Shown here: piece after piece, positions 58,303-64,000 of the stretch
Layout: every line of letters begins with the position of its first letter
Position numbering within the stretch: position 1 is the stretch's first letter
Assembly: GCA_964444785.1 (NCBI GenBank)
Contig: CAYUII010000008.1
Span: forward strand, 44,776-108,775
Length of the DNA stretch: 64,000 bases
From: an uncultured Bacteroidales bacterium
Lineage (GTDB): Bacteria > Bacteroidota > Bacteroidia > Bacteroidales > TTA-H9
Reading direction: 5' to 3'
Notes under the pieces: generated by a model
Told to the model about the DNA's origin: nothing
Databases searched by the model: none
The model's input: the letters and a program-made list of their open reading frames with translations, nothing else
Position numbers and translations under genes: made by a program

Positions 58303-59031
58303 ATGACAAAGTGTATAAAATTCGGTGGATTATTATCCATCATTCTCATTTTGGTAAGTTGTGGCCCTGCTGGAGAGAAGGCTAATTCGTCTAACCCAGA
58401 GTCAGTATTAAATGCTGCCGGGATTGTTTACAACGCCGATATCTCAAAATCTGTGATCAATTGGGAAGGTACCAAGCCCGGCGGAAGCCATGTAGGAACC
58501 ATTTCAGTTCAGACTGGAACGGTTAACATTGATAAAGGTCAAGTTGTAGGTGGCTCATTTCTTATTGATATGAAAAGCATAAAGAACACCGATTTGACAG
58601 ATGCTGAATACAATAAGAAATTGGTGGGGCACTTAATGTCACCCGATTTTTTCGCAGTGGATTCATTCCCTACGGCAAAATTTGAAATAACAAAAGTTGA
58701 GGCCTTGGCTCAGGCTGAGAGTATTGAAGGCGTAAATGTTAATTCATTGGTATCTGGTAATCTTACCATCAAGAATATTTCCAGAGCTATTCAGTTTAAG
58801 GCAAATATTTCTGTAAATGAGGATGCGGGAACCGTCACTGCCACCTCCGTCAAGTTTGTCATTGATCGCTCAGAATGGAAGATTAAATATGGCAGTCGGA
58901 AGTTCTTTGATAACTTAAAGGATAAGTTTATTAACGATGAGATCGGTCTGAAAGTCATGATTATGGCAACGAAGGCAAGTGTCTCAGCTAATTACACTAT
59001 TCCAACCAGGATGAATAATCCTGAATGTTAA
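58303..59031 (+). CDS. YceI-family lipoprotein
   Basis: It has the lipobox ILILVSCG and a YceI-like core (INWEGTKPGGSHVGTISVQTGTVNIDKGQVVGGSFLIDMKSI...). Confidence 0.75.
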   Translation: MTKCIKFGGLLSIILILVSCGPAGEKANSSNPESVLNAAGIVYNADISKSVINWEGTKPGGSHVGTISVQTGTVNIDKGQVVGGSFLIDMKSIKNTDLTDAEYNKKLVGHLMSPDFFAVDSFPTAKFEITKVEALAQAESIEGVNVNSLVSGNLTIKNISRAIQFKANISVNEDAGTVTATSVKFVIDRSEWKIKYGSRKFFDNLKDKFINDEIGLKVMIMATKASVSANYTIPTRMNNPEC

Positions 59032-61148
59032 TTTGTATCTATCTTCTTTAAGTATCTAGCTAATATTGCCTCTGAGGGTTCTCCATTGGAGTCTTTGATT
59101 TCGGTGAATGGGACTTTGAATGTACATCCTTCACGCCATTGGCTACAACCATAAGCTTCTCTGCCCTTAATCAAATTTCCTTTTTTACAAGATGGGCAAA
59201 TGAGTGAGGGAGGTGTCTTAGGGGAAGAAGTTTTAGTATTCTTCTCTTTAGGTGTCTCTCCCTCTTTTTTAGTCTCTTTTTTCTTTTTGTTTGATTGGGA
59301 AGGGGCTTCTTTTGGGGGTGTGTTCTCAATCTCAATTGAAGAGCGATGATAATCTGTTACTACCTCTTGAACAAGACTAAAGACCATCTTTTTCATCTCT
59401 TCAATAAATTCGGAGGCTTCGTAAATTCCTCTTTCTATTTCTCTTAACTTTTTCTCCCATTGCCCGGTAAGTTCTACAGATTTAAGTAGTTCATTGCCGA
59501 TTGTTTCAATCAGTTGAATACCGGTGACGGTTGGTTCGAGGTTTTTGCGTACTCGGCGTATATAATTTCTTTTAAAGAGGGTTTCAATGATAGCGGCTCT
59601 TGTGGAGGGTCGTCCGATTCCATTGTCTTTTAGGGCGTCACGAAGTTCATCATCATCGACCTGTTTTCCGGCAGTCTCCATCGCTCTGAGGAGGGTTGCT
59701 TCGGTGTATGGTTTTGGTGGTTGTGTCTGTTTCTGTTGGATACCTGGTTCATGTGGGCCTGACTCTCCCTTTTCAAAGGCCGGCATGATCTGTTCTGCCT
59801 CCTCTTTATCCTGTTCGTCGACACCATCGTTATTTGTGCCCTCAGGATCTTGTTTTGCCTGCTTTTTATAGAGTATACGCCAGCCATCCTCCAGAATCTG
59901 TTTTCCGGTCGCTTTGAAGGGTATCGCTGCTGCTTCCCCTAGAACGGTTGTGTTCGATACAATACAATCGGGATAGAAGGCAGCAATAAACCGACGGGCG
60001 ACGATATCAAATACCTTCTTTTCGTTAGAGGTCATTACACTTCCATTAAATTCACCTGTCGGAATAATGGCGTGGTGGTCAGTAACTTTTGAATCATCAA
60101 AGACCTTTTTGCTCTTTTTGATTTTTGTTTCAAGAAGAGGCTCTGTAAACTCTTTGTAGGGAGTTAGCGAGGTTAATATCGCAGGTATTTTTGGGTAAAT
60201 ATCGGAAGGGAGGTAGGTGGTGTCAACTCTGGGATAGGTTACTTGTTTTTTCTCGTATAGCTGTTGAACCAGATTGAGGGTTTGTTCGGCGGTGAACCCA
60301 AACTTTTTATTACATTCAACTTGTAAGGAGGTTAAGTCAAAGAGTCTGGGGGGTGCTTCGTTTCCTTTCTTCTTCTCGAAAGATGTTATTATGAAAAGGG
60401 AATCCTTGATTTTGCTTAGCGCTTGATTTGCTTCGTCAACGGAGTTAAATCGACCCGATACCGCTGAGAAGGTTACATCGCGGTAGACCGTCTTTAAGTC
60501 CCAATAATCTTCCGGAACAAAACGAGTGATCTCTTGATGTCGTTTGACAATCAGGGCAAGCGTGGGAGTCTGGACTCTTCCCACAGAGAGCACTCCCCGT
60601 CCTTGGCTATATTTGACTGTATACAATCGCGTTGCATTAATTCCTAAAAGCCAATCACCTACAGCACGTGTATGTCCAGCATAGAATAATCGATCAAAGG
60701 ATGCCCCCTCTTTTAAATGACTGAATCCTTCTTGAATAGCTTGGGAAGTCAAAGACGAGATCCATAACCGTTTAACAGGTAATCTGTTCTTCGCTAGCAA
60801 TAATACCCATCTCTGAATCAGTTCCCCTTCCTGGCCTGCATCACCGCAATTAATGACCTCTTGGCTGCGCTCAAGCAAGTGTACTATCGTTCGAAATTGT
60901 CGCGAAACGCCTTCGTTTTCGATTAACTTAACCTGAAATTTCTGAGGGATGATAGGCAAAGTGCTCAACCTCCATTGTTTTAATTCAGGAAGATAGTCTT
61001 CGGGTAACTTGAGCGTGCAGAGGTGCCCAAAGGTCCAACTGACAAGGTAACCATTCCCTTCATAATATCCATCACGACGCTGTGAAGCTCCTAAGATTTG
61101 AGCCAATTCTTTCGCAACACTTGGTTTTTCAGCTATACAGAGTTTCAC
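59028..61148 (-). CDS. topB: DNA topoisomerase III (type IA)
   Basis: It has the Toprim start MKLCIAEKPSVAKELA, then SVGRVQTPTLALIV and the active-site Tyr context VTYPRVDTTYL. The C-terminal Cys-rich zinc-ribbon-like tail is CPSCKKG...CSQWREGC. Confidence 0.9.
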   Translation of the reverse strand: MKLCIAEKPSVAKELAQILGASQRRDGYYEGNGYLVSWTFGHLCTLKLPEDYLPELKQWRLSTLPIIPQKFQVKLIENEGVSRQFRTIVHLLERSQEVINCGDAGQEGELIQRWVLLLAKNRLPVKRLWISSLTSQAIQEGFSHLKEGASFDRLFYAGHTRAVGDWLLGINATRLYTVKYSQGRGVLSVGRVQTPTLALIVKRHQEITRFVPEDYWDLKTVYRDVTFSAVSGRFNSVDEANQALSKIKDSLFIITSFEKKKGNEAPPRLFDLTSLQVECNKKFGFTAEQTLNLVQQLYEKKQVTYPRVDTTYLPSDIYPKIPAILTSLTPYKEFTEPLLETKIKKSKKVFDDSKVTDHHAIIPTGEFNGSVMTSNEKKVFDIVARRFIAAFYPDCIVSNTTVLGEAAAIPFKATGKQILEDGWRILYKKQAKQDPEGTNNDGVDEQDKEEAEQIMPAFEKGESGPHEPGIQQKQTQPPKPYTEATLLRAMETAGKQVDDDELRDALKDNGIGRPSTRAAIIETLFKRNYIRRVRKNLEPTVTGIQLIETIGNELLKSVELTGQWEKKLREIERGIYEASEFIEEMKKMVFSLVQEVVTDYHRSSIEIENTPPKEAPSQSNKKKKETKKEGETPKEKNTKTSSPKTPPSLICPSCKKGNLIKGREAYGCSQWREGCTFKVPFTEIKDSNGEPSEAILARYLKKIDTN

Positions 61149-61212
61149 GGTGCTTTCTTCTTCTTTTGCAGCACAAAAGTAAAAAATCTGGACTAAAGTA
61201 GATTTTTGTTTG

Positions 61213-61470
61213 CTTGCTCTTCGCTTGCTCTCCCATTCCTCTCCATATAATGAACGGTTAAAGGTGGACTTAATAGGTTGAGATTAGGTGGTATACCTTG
61301 AGGGATAATGCAATTGCATTGATCAAAATTGGTTTTATAAAAACTTACGGAATGGTTGAGTTCCATTTTTTTGGTAACCCAAAGAGATCTTCTCTTCCTT
61401 GATTTAATCAGGATGTTTTTGTATTTATATAGAGAACGAGCGAAGGGCGAGCGAAGGGCGAGCGAAGAGG
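61213..61470 (+). repeat. inverted-repeat element copy 3 (imperfect about 35-nt arms enclosing about 175 bp)
   Basis: The left arm is CTTGCTCTTCGCTTGCTCTCCCATTCCTCTCCATATA. The right arm TATATAGAGAACGAGCGAAGGGCGAGCGAAGGGCGAGCGAAGAGG has AGCGAAG at 61439, 61450 and 61461, an exact 11-bp period. The interior holds a 14-bp perfect palindrome AATGCAATTGCATT (61307-61320) and a small hairpin plus T7 run (about 61349-61373). Confidence 0.8.
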
Positions 61471-61504
61471 TGAGGTTAGATTAGGAGGAAAAAGGATTTT
61501 TGAA

Positions 61505-61562
61505 GGTTGTCAAAATGACAGTTTTTAGAGTTGATTTTTTGTTTGGTTGTGTCAAAATGTCT
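61505..61562 (+). promoter_or_regulatory. repeated GGTTGTCAAAATG motif upstream of clpB, including a perfect TGTCA-N3-TGACA palindrome (candidate operator)
   Basis: TGTCAAAATGACA lies at 61508-61520. A direct-repeat copy GGTTGTGTCAAAATGTC lies at 61545-61561. Confidence 0.3.
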
Positions 61563-61587
61563 TATTGTATAGGGAAAAAAGCGATTC

Positions 61588-61684
61588 GGATCAGTTTTTG
61601 ATCCATGATGGTAAATCATCAAAATAGGAGGGCAAAAGGATTGAGATCCTCCTAAAGAGAGATGGTGTTGAAAGGAGAGATAAT
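61588..61684 (+). promoter_or_regulatory. structured clpB leader with an AGGAGG / CCTCCT / AGGAGA arrangement
   Basis: There are three hairpins: GGATCA/TGATCC (61588-61604), TGATG/CATCA (61606-61621) and AGGAGG/CCTCCT (61626-61653). An SD-like AGGAGA at 61673-61678 lies 6 nt before the ATG. Confidence 0.3.
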
Positions 61685-64000
61685 ATGAATTTAAATCAAT
61701 TTACAATTAAAAGTCGTGAAGCTTTAGAATTAGCTACACAGATGGCTGTTAATGGAGGAAATGGGCAGATAGATACCGCCCATTTGTTGTTGGCCTTACA
61801 TAAGGTTGATGATAACGTAATTCCATTTATGGTAGCAAAGCTTGGGGTTAATATTCAGATGATTATTAAACAGGCTGAGGCTATCGTGACGGGTTATCCT
61901 AAGGTGACAGGTGGGGAGGTTTATGCGAGTCGTGATTTGCAACAGGTATTAAATAATGCTGTGCGACTTTTAAGCAAGGGCAACGATGAGTATGTTACTA
62001 CTGGTCATCTGTTTATTGCACTTTCGGAGGGGGATGATTCGACGGGAAAGATGCTAAGAAATAGTGGGGTTCTGAGAAAGGATCTGGAGAAGGCGATGGC
62101 TGAGATAAATCAAGGTGAATCAGTAAAGAGTGCGACTGCCGAGGAGACCTATAATGCGTTAAACAGGTATGCCAGGAATCTGAATGAGTTAGCTTTGAAC
62201 GGGAAACTTGATCCTGTGATAGGTCGGGATGAAGAGATAAGAAGGGTTTTACAGATATTGACGAGAAGGACTAAGAATAACCCGATATTGATTGGTGAAC
62301 CGGGTGTAGGTAAGACGGCAATTGCTGAGGGGATTGCTCATAGAATAGTGAATGGTGATGTTCCAGATAATCTTAAATCGAAGTTGATTTTCTCGCTTGA
62401 TATGGGTTCTTTGGTTGCAGGGGCGAAGTATAAGGGAGAATTTGAAGAGCGGTTAAAGAGTGTAGTAAAAGAGGTGATCTCATCGGATGGAGCCGTAGTC
62501 TTGTTTATTGATGAGATCCATACCCTTGTAGGTGCTGGAGGGGGAGAAGGTGCAATGGATGCGGCCAACATACTTAAACCTGCGCTGGCAAGAGGTGAGC
62601 TTAGAGCAATAGGAGCTACTACCTTGAAGGAGTACCAAAAATTTTTTGAGAAGGACAAGGCATTAGAAAGAAGGTTTCAGATTGTAATGGTAGATGAACC
62701 TGATACCCTTTCAGCTATATCCATATTAAGGGGCTTAAAAGATAGATATGAGGCGCATCATCGGATAAGAATTAGAGATGAAGCAATTGTTGCTGCTGTT
62801 GAGTTATCGCAACGTTACATCACCGATCGATTTCTTCCTGATAAAGCCATCGACTTGGTGGATGAAGCTGCTGCGCGGCTTAGGTTAGAGATGAATAGTC
62901 TGCCTGAAGAGCTCGAGACGATAGAAAGGAAAATTAAACAGTTGGAAATTGAACGAGAGGCCATGATGCGTGAAGGCGACTCTGATCGAATTGGTTTTTT
63001 AAAACATGAATTGGCTAATTTACAGGAGGAGCGTACCAACTTACGTGCTAAATGGCAATCAGAGAAGGAGATTGTTGATAAGATTCAGGTGACGAAAGCG
63101 GCCATTGAGCAAGATAAGTTGAGAGCTGACCAAGCTGAGCGCAATGGTGATTATGGCTTAGTTGCCGAGCTGAGATATGGTAAGATTCGGGCTTCCGAAC
63201 AGAGTCTTATTGTTCTTAAGGAGGAGCTTCTCAAAAGACAGGGAGATTCTCCGATGATTAATGAGGAGATCGGAGCCGAAGAGATTGCAGGGATTGTTTC
63301 AAAGTGGACTGGAATACCGGTTACACGAATGCTTCAGAGTGAGCGAGAGAAGTTATTAAACTTGGAAGCAGAACTTCACAAGCGTGTTGTAGGCCAAGAT
63401 GATGCCATCGTCGCCGTTTCAGATGCGATACGTCGGTCAAGAGCCGGATTGCAGGATGCTAAGAGGCCTATTGGATCGTTCATTTTCTTAGGTAGTACCG
63501 GTGTTGGTAAGACAGAGTTGGCTAAGGCGCTGGCTAGCTTCCTATTTAATGATGAAAATAGCATGGTGAGAATTGACATGTCTGAGTTTCAGGAGCGTCA
63601 TAGCGTTTCAAGACTTATTGGAGCACCTCCGGGTTATGTGGGTTATGATGAGAGTGGTCAGTTAACAGAGGCCGTTCGTAGAAAACCTTATTCTGTGGTC
63701 TTGCTGGATGAAATAGAGAAGGCTCATCCTGATGTCTTTAATATTCTTCTTCAGGTGCTGGATGATGGTCGTTTAACGGATAATAAAGGCCGAGTAGCTG
63801 ATTTTAAGAATACAATAATTATTATGACCTCAAACCTCGGATCGCAGTTGATCCAAGAAAACCTGAGTGTAGATAAAACGCAGTTGGCATCCGTTACGTT
63901 TGAACAGACTCGAAATGAAGTGATGCTCTTATTGAAGAGAACCATGAGGCCTGAGTTCTTAAATCGAATAGATGAGATCATTATGTTTACACCTCTGTCA
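61685..64000 (+). CDS. clpB: ATP-dependent chaperone ClpB, truncated by the window end (first 772 codons)
   Basis: It is absent from the ORF track because there is no stop in the window. My hand translation from ATG 61685 gives [38 protein letters not shown]... NBD1 Walker A is [16 protein letters not shown] coiled-coil M-domain and NBD2 Walker [16 protein letters not shown] follow. The frame stays open to nt 64000. Confidence 0.93.
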   Translation, partial: MNLNQFTIKSREALELATQMAVNGGNGQIDTAHLLLALHKVDDNVIPFMVAKLGVNIQMIIKQAEAIVTGYPKVTGGEVYASRDLQQVLNNAVRLLSKGNDEYVTTGHLFIALSEGDDSTGKMLRNSGVLRKDLEKAMAEINQGESVKSATAEETYNALNRYARNLNELALNGKLDPVIGRDEEIRRVLQILTRRTKNNPILIGEPGVGKTAIAEGIAHRIVNGDVPDNLKSKLIFSLDMGSLVAGAKYKGEFEERLKSVVKEVISSDGAVVLFIDEIHTLVGAGGGEGAMDAANILKPALARGELRAIGATTLKEYQKFFEKDKALERRFQIVMVDEPDTLSAISILRGLKDRYEAHHRIRIRDEAIVAAVELSQRYITDRFLPDKAIDLVDEAAARLRLEMNSLPEELETIERKIKQLEIEREAMMREGDSDRIGFLKHELANLQEERTNLRAKWQSEKEIVDKIQVTKAAIEQDKLRADQAERNGDYGLVAELRYGKIRASEQSLIVLKEELLKRQGDSPMINEEIGAEEIAGIVSKWTGIPVTRMLQSEREKLLNLEAELHKRVVGQDDAIVAVSDAIRRSRAGLQDAKRPIGSFIFLGSTGVGKTELAKALASFLFNDENSMVRIDMSEFQERHSVSRLIGAPPGYVGYDESGQLTEAVRRKPYSVVLLDEIEKAHPDVFNILLQVLDDGRLTDNKGRVADFKNTIIIMTSNLGSQLIQENLSVDKTQLASVTFEQTRNEVMLLLKRTMRPEFLNRIDEIIMFTPLS

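Noticed and set aside
61193-61366. 57-codon minus-strand ORF (MELNHSVSFYKTNFDQCNCIIPQGIPPNLNLL...) spanning the interior and left arm of repeat element copy 3
   Set aside because: It is below the track cutoff, reads through the repeat arm, has no motif or signal sequence and has no counterpart in the other copies. It is most likely fortuitous.
1-64000. Scan for mobile-element or defence-system genes (integrase, transposase, restriction-modification, toxin-antitoxin, reverse transcriptase, Cas)
   Set aside because: None of the 46 coding regions or the leftover ORFs shows the corresponding motifs. The window appears to be core chromosome, so the novelty candidates are the non-coding elements rather than a protein-encoded system.

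Overview
The window looks like a contiguous chromosomal segment from a Bacteroidota-type genome. The lineage markers are a T9SS C-terminal sorting domain, fused SecDF and FeoA-FeoB genes, DUF4290-murA synteny and TAnnTTTG-type -7 promoter boxes. I call 46 protein-coding genes. One is clpB (61685 to the window edge), which the ORF track omits because it has no in-window stop. Gene content is mostly housekeeping. It includes an acyl-CoA oxidation cluster (thiolase, FabK-like flavoprotein, hydrolase, acyl-CoA dehydrogenase, etfBA) and feoAB. A UDP-sugar cluster (pgm, rfbD-like, UDP-xylose synthase, ugd) follows, then an acyl-CoA synthetase and aconitase. Further along are uvrD/pcrA, murA, grpE-dnaJ, an ABC-2 exporter, secDF, tatA, an OmpA-family protein and purM. 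The last part holds a CarH/LitR-type B12 photoreceptor regulator next to an ECF sigma factor, a T9SS cargo protein, a GH92 mannosidase + C69 peptidase pair, yceI, topB and clpB. I see no rRNA, tRNA, CRISPR array, transposase, integrase or recognisable defence genes. The most unusual signal is non-coding. Three long intergenic regions (about 16.5 kb, 31.1-31.35 kb and 61.2-61.5 kb) each carry a same-orientation inverted-repeat element. The arms are built from CTTCGCT/AGCGAAG heptamers phased at exactly 11 or 22 bp and enclose 43 to about 175 bp. One copy abuts a roughly 100-nt hairpin made of (GCCAGAA)6 heptamer repeats. I do not recognise this family. Secondary observations:
- a TGTCA/TGACA palindrome motif shared by the grpE and clpB upstream regions
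- an SD/anti-SD-like structured clpB leader
- a His/Cys-rich linker inside FeoAB
- a MurA with Asp at the fosfomycin-target Cys position
- an AT-rich array of AAATGTTAAA-like motifs upstream of the ECF sigma gene
All functional calls rest on motif recognition by eye. No database search was run.
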